Positions 38,972-47,815 are shown, numbered from the stretch's first letter. The stretch: 64,000 nucleotides of DNA from Euryarchaeota archaeon RBG_16_67_27 (GCA_001800745.1 MGVZ01000029.1:9133-73132); one strand, 5' to 3'. Numbers and translations: made by a program. The notes: a model not told the origin generated them from the letters alone.

Positions 38972-39193
38972 CGGCGTTCCATGGACCGGCGGCCGTTAGA
39001 GCGGCACGGTTCGTCGTCCACCACAAGGATGGACGGCTAGCGTACCTAGGTCGCCGGCCCAAGCCCTCCTCAAAGGAGGGCAGGCTTCCCGCGGGCTCGC
39101 GCACCGCAGTACCGCAGGGAACGTGGGCGGGCTTAACTTCCGGGTTCGGGATGGGACCGGGTGTATCCCCGCCGCTTTGGCCGTCAAACCACT
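38963..39193 (-). rRNA. rrf: 5S rRNA with insertion of about 100 nt (total about 231 nt), stand-alone gene
   Basis: Conserved core CCCGGTCCCATCCCGAACCCGGAAGTTAAGCCCGCC and GTACTGCGGTGCGCGAGCCCGCGGGAA; the helix I partner of 5' AGTGGTTTGACGGC is GCCGTCAGCCACT, about 100 nt further downstream than normal. Confidence 0.93.
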
Positions 39194-39217
39194 GCTGAGC
39201 GACGGAGAGGGCGCGCT

Positions 39218-39232
39218 GTATATCAGGGTTTC
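39218..39232 (-). promoter_or_regulatory. Promoter for the 5S rRNA gene
   Basis: GAAACCCTGATATAC ending about 25 nt upstream of the 5S 5' end. Confidence 0.55.
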
Positions 39233-39241
39233 GTTCCCGCC

Positions 39242-40150
39242 TCACCGCGGGAGGACCGCGAGAAGGAGATTCCCCACGAAGAACGCGAGGACGAAGCCGA
39301 CGGACAGGGGGACCATGAGCGGGATCTTCGGTTGGACCCACGCCTCCGTCTTCCCTGCGGCGCGGAGGCGTTCGGCGTCCGCCCGGGAGTCGCCCGTCCT
39401 CGGCGGGAAGAGGACCAGGACCTGCTCCCCCTTCGCGTCGACCTGTTCCATGATCCAGACGTGTCTCGGGAGCTCGTCGAGTCGTCGGCGGTATCCGAGG
39501 AACGCGGCGGGAAACGCGAGGTCCCCTCGGGCCGCGTTGTAGACGAGGAGTGCGAGGGGCACGGCGAGGAGCAGGACCGCGGCATCGACGAAGACGACGA
39601 GGGAGAACGGGAAGACGAGGTTCATCGTCGCCTCGACGAGGAGGTTCGGGGCGAGCAGGGGCGCGGTGTTCGGGTACGCCGGCACGAGGAGGGTGAGGGC
39701 GATCAGCGCCTTCGCGTCCGCACCGCCCACGATCAGGCGCGCCTGGTACAGCGCTTGGTAGAGGACGACCATCACGGGCATCGAGGCGATCGCGGCGATC
39801 GCGGTCGTCACGGGGCGTGAGCTCCCGGCGACGGCGAGCGGGCCTGCCACGAGGGCCGCGGCGGAAAGGAGCACACCGATCCGTGCCGGTCGAGGATGGA
39901 ACCCGTCCTCGTCGAACAGCGGCGCTCCGAAGAAGATCCCATAGAACAGGATCGCGGTCCCCGCGATGAACGGATACACGAGCGCGTCCGCGCCGTCGGT
40001 CGCGAGCTCGATGAGGAGCAGCCCGAGCCCGGCGGTGCCGAGGACGAGCCACAATGGATCCCGGACCCGGCGTGTGCGCACGTCGGAGACGGCCGCGAAC
40101 GCGAGCGCCGCGACCCCGATCCCGAAGCGCGCCGCGGTGAGCGGGTCCAC
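39242..40150 (-). CDS. Prepilin/preflagellin peptidase (A24, PibD/FlaK-like)
   Basis: AAVSDVRTRRV, GGADAKALI, VQPKIPLMVP; GTG start at 40150. Confidence 0.9.
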   Translation of the reverse strand: MDPLTAARFGIGVAALAFAAVSDVRTRRVRDPLWLVLGTAGLGLLLIELATDGADALVYPFIAGTAILFYGIFFGAPLFDEDGFHPRPARIGVLLSAAALVAGPLAVAGSSRPVTTAIAAIASMPVMVVLYQALYQARLIVGGADAKALIALTLLVPAYPNTAPLLAPNLLVEATMNLVFPFSLVVFVDAAVLLLAVPLALLVYNAARGDLAFPAAFLGYRRRLDELPRHVWIMEQVDAKGEQVLVLFPPRTGDSRADAERLRAAGKTEAWVQPKIPLMVPLSVGFVLAFFVGNLLLAVLPR

Positions 40151-40383
40151 GGCGCCGCATCGAGCGGTCCTTATTTCAAGGGTTCGACCTCGTTGTGTCC
40201 GCGCGCGATTCGCTCCATCCGAGGTCGGAGGAACGCGAATCGGAAACGTCGTCGCCTGCGTGCGTCGCACGTGCGGTGCGCTCCTGCTTGGCGTCGCGCG
40301 AAATCGGCCGCAAACGCCTAAATAGACCCTGACGAATGACGCGCTGCCCCGGGAGCATTCCGGGGCCGGCCGGTCGTGTCGCG

Positions 40384-40935
40384 ATGACGGAACCTCGTCG
40401 GATGAAGGTGAAGGTCTGCCTCGTCGGCGAGCACGCCGTGGGCAAGACGTCCCTCATCCGCCGCTACGTCCTCGAGGAGTTCGACGATCGCTACATCGTG
40501 ACGCTCGGAGCGAAGGTCTCGAAGAAAGAGATGCTCCTCACGCCGAAGAGCGGTCCGCCGGTCCAGATGGACATGACGATCTGGGACATCATGGGATCGA
40601 AGGGGTTCCGGGAGCTCCTGCGCGAGGCGTACTTCCACGGCGCTCAGGGAATCCTCGCGGTCGCCGACATCACGCGGTACGACACGCTCGAGGACCTCGA
40701 CTCCTGGGTCGAGTCCGTGTTCCGCACCGTCGGTGAGATCCCCGTCGCGTTCGCGGTGAACAAGCTCGATCTCCGGGACCAGGCCGCCTTCGGCGAGGAA
40801 CAGGTGAAACAGGCGACAGAGGCGTTCAATGCCCCGTACTTCTTCAGCTCCGCGAAGACCGGGGAGAACGTCGAGACCGTGTTCCAGAGCCTCGGCGAGA
40901 CCGTCGTGAAGATGGCGTCGAAGTCGGGCGCTTGA
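40384..40935 (+). CDS. Small Ras/Rab-like GTPase
   Basis: G1 GEHAVGKTS, G2 TLG, G3 WDIMG, G4 NKLD, G5 SAK; YFHGAQG..V.DIT. Confidence 0.9.
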   Translation: MTEPRRMKVKVCLVGEHAVGKTSLIRRYVLEEFDDRYIVTLGAKVSKKEMLLTPKSGPPVQMDMTIWDIMGSKGFRELLREAYFHGAQGILAVADITRYDTLEDLDSWVESVFRTVGEIPVAFAVNKLDLRDQAAFGEEQVKQATEAFNAPYFFSSAKTGENVETVFQSLGETVVKMASKSGA

Positions 40936-40981
40936 AGGCACCGCCATAATCTCAAGTAGTCCGTCCCGGGTTCTCCGGGCC

Positions 40982-43279
40982 GTGGCGTCCCCTCCGAGGC
41001 CCGAAGCCGTCCGCGTGCGCGTCACGCGGGACCTCGGCCTCTTCGACGTCACGATGGCCGCCTCGGGTACGATGGTCGGCGCCGCGGTGTTTCTCCTCGC
41101 AGGGGCGACGTTCGCCGTCGCGGGTCCCCTCACCTTCGGCAGCATCCTGTTCGCGGGATTCGTCGTCGCCCTGTCCGGCCTTGCCTACGCGGAGCTTGCC
41201 TCGGGACGGGAAGGGGCGTCCGGAGGGGCGTACGAATGGGTCCGCTCCGCGCTTCCCGCCCCGAGCGGCTTCCTCGCGGGATGGTCGTCGTGGGGCGGTC
41301 ACCTCGCGGCGTCCGCGCTCAGCGCCCTCGGCCTTGGCGCATTCCTCCTCGAGCTCCTCCGCCCGTCCGCGGAAGCGTTCCTCCCGATCGGGCTCGATGA
41401 GCGCGTCCTCGCGCTCGTCCTCCTCGCGGTCGCGACGGGGTTCCATTTCGCCCGCCTCCACGTCCCCGCGCGGACTCTCAGCCGGCTGACGTTCGTGAAG
41501 ATCCTCCTCATCCTCGGCGTCGCCGCGGTGGGGCTCGCGTCCCTCGCGGCGCCCGCCGCGGACCGCGGCATCGGGACCCCATCGACGCCCTCGGGCGCGC
41601 TCGGGCTCGCGCTCGGCGCAGGCGTGTTCTTCATCGCCTTCCAGGGGTTCGAGTCCGTCGTCCAGCTCGGGGAGCAGACGAAGCAGCCGGCGCGGACCGT
41701 GCCCCGCGGGATCCTCCTGGCCGTGCTGCTGTCCCTCGGCGTCTACCTCGCGTACTTCGCTGCGGTCCTCACGAACGCGCCGACGGCCGCGACCTCCGGG
41801 TGGCCAGGATGCCCCGCGTGCGCCGGGGGGACGGAGGATCTCGGGATCGTGAGCCTGTCCCGGATCGCCCTCGGGGGGCCGTTCTGGCGGGAGATCTTCC
41901 TCCTCGTCGGCGTCGCCTCCATGGCGGGTGCCCTCAACGCGAACCTCACGTCCGCCGTCCGGGTCGCGTTCGGGATGTCCCGCGACCGGCTCCTCCCTGC
42001 GAGCCTCTCCCACGTCGGCGGTCGCGAGGTGCCCGTCGTCGGGCTCGCGATGACCGCGGGCGTGACGGCGATCCTTCTCGCGTTCTCCCTCGAGACGATC
42101 GCGATCCTCGCGGGCCTCGCGTTCCTTCTCCTGTTCGCCTTCGTCCATGGCTCCGTCATCTCCCTGCGGCGCCGGGAGCGGCGCTCGCGACCCGGCTTCC
42201 GCGTCCCTCTCGTCCCCGCCGTGCCGATCCTCGCGATCGCCCTGAACCTTGCCCTCGGGGCCGTCCTCTGGAACTATCCGGCTCCCGCCGGGGGACGGAT
42301 GCCCGCCGGCGTCCTCGCGGCGTACATCGGCGCGGTCTGGCTCGCCGCGGGCCTGATCTTCCACTGGTTCGCAGGCGGGCGGGAGGCGCTGCGCCGGACG
42401 GCGCTCGTCCCCAAGGTGGAGGTCGAGGACGTCCTTACCCCGACGGAGGACCACGTCGAGCTCGAGCGGTTCCGCGTGTTCCTACCCCTCCGTGAGTTCG
42501 AGGATCTCGAGCTCGTCGATCTCGGTGCGCGGATCGCGCGGGCGCGCCATGGGGAACTCAGCCTCCTCAACGTCGTTGAAATCCCGCGGAACCTCCCGCC
42601 GAAGGCGATCCGCTTCCGGTTCGTCGACGACCGGATCAAAGGTCTCCAGCGGCTCGCGCGCGTCGGGATGCGGCTCGGCGTCGACACCCGGCCCGTCGTG
42701 AAGATCGGTCACAAGGTCTACGAGATCATCCTCGACACGATGCGCGACGAGGCCGTGAACGTCCTCGTGATGGGATGGCGCGGAGGCCGGACGGACGGCG
42801 CGGAGCGGAGAATCCTCGGGAGCAACATCGACTACCTGATCGAGAACGCGACGTGCGACGTCGTCGTGTACAAGACGCACGGCCTGCGCCGTCCCCTGAA
42901 GAAGCTCGTGATCCTCACGAGCCCGATCTGGAGCATCCTGGGGATCGACGAGCTCGCCCTTGTCCTCGCGGAGTCCGACCTTCCGACGATCGAGATCGTG
43001 AGCCTCGCGGCCGATCCGTCGGACGCGGAGCGGATCAAGAAGGAGGTCGCGCCGTTCCTGGAGACCTGCCACTCGCGCGGGATCGCCGTCGAGCACAAGG
43101 TCCTGTATTCGACTCAGTGGGAGTCCGTGGCTCTCCACGAAGGGGCGGACGCCTCCGCGCTCCTCATCCGCGCGAGCTCCCCCGGGGGCCTGAAGAAGTT
43201 CACCCTGAACCCTGTGGAGGACCGGATCGTGAAGCTCGCACCCTGCCCGGTTCTCATCCTCAAGAAGGGGACGTCCTAG
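40982..43279 (+). CDS. APC-family amino acid permease with C-terminal USP-like domains
   Basis: GTMVGAAVF, YAELAS, FIAFQGFE, RPGFRVP; C-terminal VMGWRG..ILGSNIDYL..CDV. Confidence 0.88.
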   Translation: MASPPRPEAVRVRVTRDLGLFDVTMAASGTMVGAAVFLLAGATFAVAGPLTFGSILFAGFVVALSGLAYAELASGREGASGGAYEWVRSALPAPSGFLAGWSSWGGHLAASALSALGLGAFLLELLRPSAEAFLPIGLDERVLALVLLAVATGFHFARLHVPARTLSRLTFVKILLILGVAAVGLASLAAPAADRGIGTPSTPSGALGLALGAGVFFIAFQGFESVVQLGEQTKQPARTVPRGILLAVLLSLGVYLAYFAAVLTNAPTAATSGWPGCPACAGGTEDLGIVSLSRIALGGPFWREIFLLVGVASMAGALNANLTSAVRVAFGMSRDRLLPASLSHVGGREVPVVGLAMTAGVTAILLAFSLETIAILAGLAFLLLFAFVHGSVISLRRRERRSRPGFRVPLVPAVPILAIALNLALGAVLWNYPAPAGGRMPAGVLAAYIGAVWLAAGLIFHWFAGGREALRRTALVPKVEVEDVLTPTEDHVELERFRVFLPLREFEDLELVDLGARIARARHGELSLLNVVEIPRNLPPKAIRFRFVDDRIKGLQRLARVGMRLGVDTRPVVKIGHKVYEIILDTMRDEAVNVLVMGWRGGRTDGAERRILGSNIDYLIENATCDVVVYKTHGLRRPLKKLVILTSPIWSILGIDELALVLAESDLPTIEIVSLAADPSDAERIKKEVAPFLETCHSRGIAVEHKVLYSTQWESVALHEGADASALLIRASSPGGLKKFTLNPVEDRIVKLAPCPVLILKKGTS

Positions 43280-44613
43280 TCGGTCCGGGCATCCCGCGGC
43301 ACGAGGCCCTCCGCGCGGAGCGCATCTTGGATCCGGAAGATCAGGTCCGATTTGACCTCCTTCATCCGCTCCGGGCGGTCCGTGTACGCGAGGAGCTGGT
43401 ACACGATCCCGGCCCCTGCGAGCTCCTTGCCGAACGCCTGCGGCGACGGGTCCGGGACGACCCCTTCCGTATCTCGCGCGGCGCGGACGAGGATTTCCCT
43501 AACGCGGTGGTGGGGGACCTCGAAGCCGAGGGCGAGCTCCACGGACATCGCGTACGGCTTCGATCGGCTGAAGTTCAGGATCGGCTCGCGGAGGAGCTGT
43601 GTGTTCGGGATGTTCACGACCTCCCCACGGAGGGTCCGCACCTGGGTCAGGGTGAGGCTCATCGAGACGACGTCGCAGACGAGGTCGTTCCCGATCTTCA
43701 CGCGGTTCCCGACGTCGAACGGGTCCGCCCGCATGAGGGTGACCCCGGCGAGCGCGTTCCTCACGGGGTCGAACGCGAGCACTAGGATGACGAGGAGGAA
43801 TGCGATGAACCCGACAGCGAAGACGACGAGGCGGTCTGCCGGCAGGACATGCACCATGAGGACGAACAGGAGGACGACCGCACCGATGATCCACACCGCG
43901 TACCGCGTGATCGACTTGAACTCGTCGATGACCCGCGCACTGAACTTCGCGGTGCGCCGCTTCAGATCTTCGAAGATCGAGTCGACGAAGCGATCTGCGA
44001 CGATCACGAGGAGGACCGCGACGACAATCTCGAGGGCGAAGCTCGAGGGGAGCGTGGGCAGTCCGCTGAGGTCGAAGTACGTCTGGTCCCCGGGGGGGAG
44101 GATCCGGATCGCGCCGAGGGCCGCGATCGCGAGGGAGGCGATATAGATCAGGTACTTCAGGACGATCTCCGTGAAGGCGAGTGCCCGTGGCGGGGCGATC
44201 TGCTTCGGTTTCGACTTCAGCTCCCCGCGGAGGAACGCGGCGAACCGGTGGATGACCCGGACGAGGATCGCCGCGAGGAAGACGACGAAGATCGCGAAGA
44301 ACAGGGCGGGCACGCGGAGGACGAACGCGACGAGGGCGTCATGGAGCGGCGCCGACTGCGTCTGCGCGATCGCGAGGACGACGATTGCCATGAACGCGAT
44401 CCAGACCCCCTCGAGCACGCGACGGACGAAGTCGAGGGTGGCGTGGTCGAGCCAGCGGCTCTCGAGGGTCTTCAGGTACTCGAAGTAGCGGGACATCCAA
44501 GCGAGGAGCCACATCATGAGCCCGACGAGGAGCACGATCGCCGCGATGGGCGGGAGGAACTGGACGAGACCCGCGAAGGCATCCTCCCCGGTCTGGAACG
44601 GAAGAAGCGCCAC
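43276..44613 (-). CDS. MscS-family mechanosensitive channel with extra N-terminal TM units
   Basis: NALAGV...PFDVGNRVKI, IPN..L...I.NFS. Confidence 0.88.
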   Translation of the reverse strand: MALLPFQTGEDAFAGLVQFLPPIAAIVLLVGLMMWLLAWMSRYFEYLKTLESRWLDHATLDFVRRVLEGVWIAFMAIVVLAIAQTQSAPLHDALVAFVLRVPALFFAIFVVFLAAILVRVIHRFAAFLRGELKSKPKQIAPPRALAFTEIVLKYLIYIASLAIAALGAIRILPPGDQTYFDLSGLPTLPSSFALEIVVAVLLVIVADRFVDSIFEDLKRRTAKFSARVIDEFKSITRYAVWIIGAVVLLFVLMVHVLPADRLVVFAVGFIAFLLVILVLAFDPVRNALAGVTLMRADPFDVGNRVKIGNDLVCDVVSMSLTLTQVRTLRGEVVNIPNTQLLREPILNFSRSKPYAMSVELALGFEVPHHRVREILVRAARDTEGVVPDPSPQAFGKELAGAGIVYQLLAYTDRPERMKEVKSDLIFRIQDALRAEGLVPRDARTD

Positions 44614-44782
44614 GACGGCGGCAGCCGACGGGGATTATAAAAGGGTTTCACGGAGGGGAGGCGCGCGGATGGACGATTCGATGCACGGATTAGCGCGGGT
44701 TTAAGGCTCTCCGTCCTTTGTCCGACGGGGTGAGGAGATCCCGGCACCCTCGCGGCGTTCGCCACTCCCCTGGCCGTCGTTC

Positions 44783-45616
44783 GTGACGACGTGGCGGATT
44801 GCGTTCCTCCTCGCGCTCGTTCTCATCCTCGCAGGGCTCGCCGTCACACTCGTCGCGAACACGGGGTCCACGATCCTACTGGCGACGACGACGAGCGCGC
44901 GCGATTCGGGTCTCCTTGACGTCCTCCTCCCGGAGTTCTCCCGAGATGCCGGGATCGGTGTGCGGTTCGTCGCCGTGGGCACGGGCCTCGCCCTCGATAC
45001 GGCACGGCGCGGGGACGCGGACGTCGTACTTGTCCACGCTCCGGCCGCCGAGCTCGAGTTCATGTCCGACCACGGCCTCTGCCGGAGCCGCGTGATGCGG
45101 AACCAGTACATCGTCGTGGGACCCGCGACGGACCCGGCGGGGATTCGCGGCCTCACGAACGCGACGGTCGCCTTCACGAGGATTCTGTCGGCCCGGGCGA
45201 CGTTCATCTCCCGCGGGGACAACTCAGGGACTCACAGTATGGAGAAGACGATCTGGTCGTGGGTCGGGTATCAGCCGAGGGCCGCCACGGATCCATGGTA
45301 TCGCGAGGCGGGGCAGGGGATGGGCGCTACCCTCGAGATCGCGTCGCAGCTCGGCGGGTACACGCTCACGGACGACGGCACCTTCCTCGTGCGGCGGCCG
45401 AGCCTCTCCCTGGAGATCGACGTGACGAACGACCCGCCCCTTCAGAACGTGTACAGCGTAATCCCCGTGAGCCCCGCGCGTCATCCCGGCGTGAACGCGC
45501 CCGGGGCGCTCGCCTTTGCGAAGTGGATCGTGGGCGCCCGCGGCCAGGGAATTATCGGCAACTACACGGTCGGGAGCGAACGGCCGTTCCATCCCGAGGG
45601 CCTCGACGGGTGCTGA
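44783..45616 (+). CDS. tupA: Tungstate ABC transporter substrate-binding protein
   Basis: ATTTSARDSGLL, AVGTGLAL, VHAP, FISRGDNSGTH, GQGMG. Confidence 0.9.
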   Translation: MTTWRIAFLLALVLILAGLAVTLVANTGSTILLATTTSARDSGLLDVLLPEFSRDAGIGVRFVAVGTGLALDTARRGDADVVLVHAPAAELEFMSDHGLCRSRVMRNQYIVVGPATDPAGIRGLTNATVAFTRILSARATFISRGDNSGTHSMEKTIWSWVGYQPRAATDPWYREAGQGMGATLEIASQLGGYTLTDDGTFLVRRPSLSLEIDVTNDPPLQNVYSVIPVSPARHPGVNAPGALAFAKWIVGARGQGIIGNYTVGSERPFHPEGLDGC

Positions 45617-45617
45617 C

Positions 45618-46268
45618 TTGGCGCTCGACGCGGAGCTGCTCCAGATCGTGGGCCTTTCGTTCCTCGTCGCAGGCACGTCCACGCTCATCGGCTCCGTGAT
45701 CGGGATCCCGCTCGGCGCGATGATCGCCCTGAAAGAGTTCCGGGGACGCGACTTCGTCCGAACGCTCGCGTTCACCTTCTACGGATTCCCGCCCGTCCTC
45801 GCGGGGCTCCTCGTGTTCCTCCTCCTCTCGAAGGAGGGGCCGCTCGGCTCCCTCGAGTGGCTCTTCACCCCGATCGGCATGGTCGTCGCCCAGGTTCTCA
45901 TCGTCACGCCGATCGTCACGGGGATCACCGCGTCGGCGGTGATGAGCGTCGAGAAACGGCTCCACGAGACCGCGCTCGCGCTCGGCGCGGACGGACGGCA
46001 GTGGCGTGCGACCGCGCTCCACGAGGCCCGGGTCGGGCTTCTGACCGCGGTCATGCTCGGGTTCGGCCGGGCGATCTCCGAGGTCGGGGCGGTCCTCATC
46101 GTCGGCGGCAACATCCGGGGCTACACGCGCGTGCTGACGACCGCGATCGTCCTGGAGACCTCCCAAGCGCACTACGTCGAGGCGACGGTCTTCGGCGTCG
46201 TCCTCTTCGCAGTGTCGTTCGTCGTGTTCGCGGTCCTCCAGCGAGTGCAGGGGAGGGCCTTCCTGTGA
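45618..46268 (+). CDS. tupB: Tungstate ABC transporter permease
   Basis: PPVLAGL, FGRAISEVGA..VGGNI..TRVLTTAI. Confidence 0.9.
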   Translation: MALDAELLQIVGLSFLVAGTSTLIGSVIGIPLGAMIALKEFRGRDFVRTLAFTFYGFPPVLAGLLVFLLLSKEGPLGSLEWLFTPIGMVVAQVLIVTPIVTGITASAVMSVEKRLHETALALGADGRQWRATALHEARVGLLTAVMLGFGRAISEVGAVLIVGGNIRGYTRVLTTAIVLETSQAHYVEATVFGVVLFAVSFVVFAVLQRVQGRAFL

Positions 46269-46999
46269 CCGCGCCGATCGTGATTGAGGCGGTCGAGAAG
46301 GCCTTCGGCGAGAAGGCCGTGCTCCGGGGCGTGAGCGCGGAGATCCAGCGGGGAGAGATTTTCGGCATCCTCGGCCCGAGCGGCGCGGGAAAGACGACCG
46401 TGCTCCGTCTCGTCGACCTCCTCCTCGCCCCGGACGCGGGGCGCATCCTTTTCCATGGGACCGCGCTCGACCCGCGCTCCCCGGAGGCCCTTGCCCAGCG
46501 GCGGCGGATGGCGATGATCATGCAGAATCCCGCCACGTTCCGTGCCTCCGTCTTCGAGAACGTCGCGTTCGGGCTGTGGCTCCGCGGCGCGGACGCAGCG
46601 GAGGTCCGGGCGAGGGTGTTCCAGGCGCTCGAGTTCGTCGGTCTCCTCGGCGCCGCGCGCGAGCGTGCGGACCGCCTGAGTGGCGGGGAGCAGCAGCGGA
46701 TTGCGTTCGCACGCGCGGCCGTCCTTCGGCCGGAGGTCCTCCTCCTTGACGAGTTCACCGCGAACCTCGATCCGGCGAACGTCCGGGCCCTCGAGGAGGC
46801 CACCCTGCGTTACCGAAGGGAGACGGGATGCACCGTGGTAATCGTGACGCACAACCTGTTCCAGGCGAAGCGGCTCGCGGATCGCGCGGCCCTCCTCCTT
46901 GACGGCCGTCTCGTCGAGGTCGCGCCCGCGAAGGACATCTTTGAGAACCCTCAGAGGGCGGAGACGCGGGCGTTCCTGACGGGGGAAATGGCGTACTGA
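46265..46999 (+). CDS. tupC: Tungstate ABC transporter ATPase
   Basis: GPSGAGKT, LSGGEQQR, LLLDEFTANLD. Confidence 0.9.
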   Translation: MTAPIVIEAVEKAFGEKAVLRGVSAEIQRGEIFGILGPSGAGKTTVLRLVDLLLAPDAGRILFHGTALDPRSPEALAQRRRMAMIMQNPATFRASVFENVAFGLWLRGADAAEVRARVFQALEFVGLLGAARERADRLSGGEQQRIAFARAAVLRPEVLLLDEFTANLDPANVRALEEATLRYRRETGCTVVIVTHNLFQAKRLADRAALLLDGRLVEVAPAKDIFENPQRAETRAFLTGEMAY

Positions 47000-47003
47000 C
47001 GGA

Positions 47004-47264
47004 TCACACGAGGGTGACGTCGATCGCCTGGACGCTCCCGACCCCCGGGAGGGTCTGAAGGGATGCCTCGAGCCGGGCGGATCCTCCACCCGCGTCGTCG
47101 ACGACGGCGAGGGCATGGATGGCTTTGAGGCCGAACGCAACCGGCTTCTCTTCCATGCTCCGGAACGCGGTGCCCAATGCCGTGCGGACCGCGTCCTTGA
47201 GCGCGCCGAGGTCGACATCCTCGCCCTCGGGCATGACACGGTAGGTGATCGCGACGGACCCCAT
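47004..47264 (-). CDS. ef1b: Translation elongation factor 1-beta
   Basis: MGSVAITYRVMPE, PVAFGLKA. Confidence 0.92.
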   Translation of the reverse strand: MGSVAITYRVMPEGEDVDLGALKDAVRTALGTAFRSMEEKPVAFGLKAIHALAVVDDAGGGSARLEASLQTLPGVGSVQAIDVTLV

Positions 47265-47273
47265 CCTCGTCCC

Positions 47274-47444
47274 TCACGGTCCGTGGAAATCGCACGTCGG
47301 GCAGTGGTACGCCACGGACTGGTCCCGACAGCGCGCGCAGCGTCCGATTCTCGTCTTGCCGCAGCTCGGGCACCCGAAGACCGTCGCGCCCTTGCCGATG
47401 AGGACGGCACCACAGGAGGAGCAGCGCGATTCCGCGGGACTCAC
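47274..47444 (-). CDS. Zn-ribbon protein (DUF1610/HVO_2753-like, 56 aa), absent from the ORF track
   Basis: Manual translation: VSPAESRCSSCGAVLIGKGATVFGCPSCGKTRIGRCARCRDQSVAYHCPTCDFHGP; usual position upstream of aEF-1beta. Confidence 0.9.
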   Translation of the reverse strand: MSPAESRCSSCGAVLIGKGATVFGCPSCGKTRIGRCARCRDQSVAYHCPTCDFHGP

Positions 47445-47574
47445 GGACGCGAGGAAAGAGCGGGGTCTATAAAATGTTGTGGGGCTCGGCGACCGCCCCT
47501 AATTTCATTTCAATTCTGAAATAAATATAGATCCTCGGCGGGCAGGCGCCGGCGCTGGTCGCCCCTTGTGCACC

Positions 47575-47588
47575 GCAAAGTTTAATTA
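47575..47588 (+). promoter_or_regulatory. Promoter for tRNA-Lys (possibly reading into rpoH)
   Basis: GCAAAGTTTAATTA about 48 nt upstream of the tRNA. Confidence 0.5.
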
Positions 47589-47635
47589 CGGCCGCAGATT
47601 TCGACCGTGGTCGCATGTCGCCGCCGCTAGCCCGA

Positions 47636-47797
47636 GGGCCCGTAGCTCAGCTAGGTTGGACGGCGAACCCGTCGTCCCTAGAAAGAGCATCTGGCTTTTA
47701 GCCGCGCCCCTCGCGGGGTGCGGGTGGAAACCAGGTGGTCCGGGGTTCGAACGGGTCCTGCGACCCGCGCGGGGCCTCGAAAGTCCCCGCGGGCCCG
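47636..47797 (+). tRNA. tRNA-Lys(TTT) with three introns: 47657-47683 (20/21), 47701-47729 (37/38), 47752-47783 (59/60)
   Basis: Removing the three BHB-bounded hairpins gives a canonical 74-nt tRNA: GGGCCCG TA GCTC AGCTAGGTA GAGC A TCTGG CTTTTAA CCAGG TGGTC CGGGG TTCGAAT CCCCG CGGGCCC G. Confidence 0.92.
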
Positions 47798-47815
47798 CAC
47801 GGCCAGCTGCGTGAC

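Noticed and set aside
38984-39083. 5S insertion as a BHB intron or as a terminator after a truncated 5S
   Set aside because: No clear bulge-helix-bulge is present at the junctions, and the missing 3' strands of the 5S helices reappear intact after the insert, so the gene is not truncated.
44783-46999. Tungstate transporter as a novelty
   Set aside because: Ordinary tupABC operon; it only implies W/Mo enzymes elsewhere in the genome.
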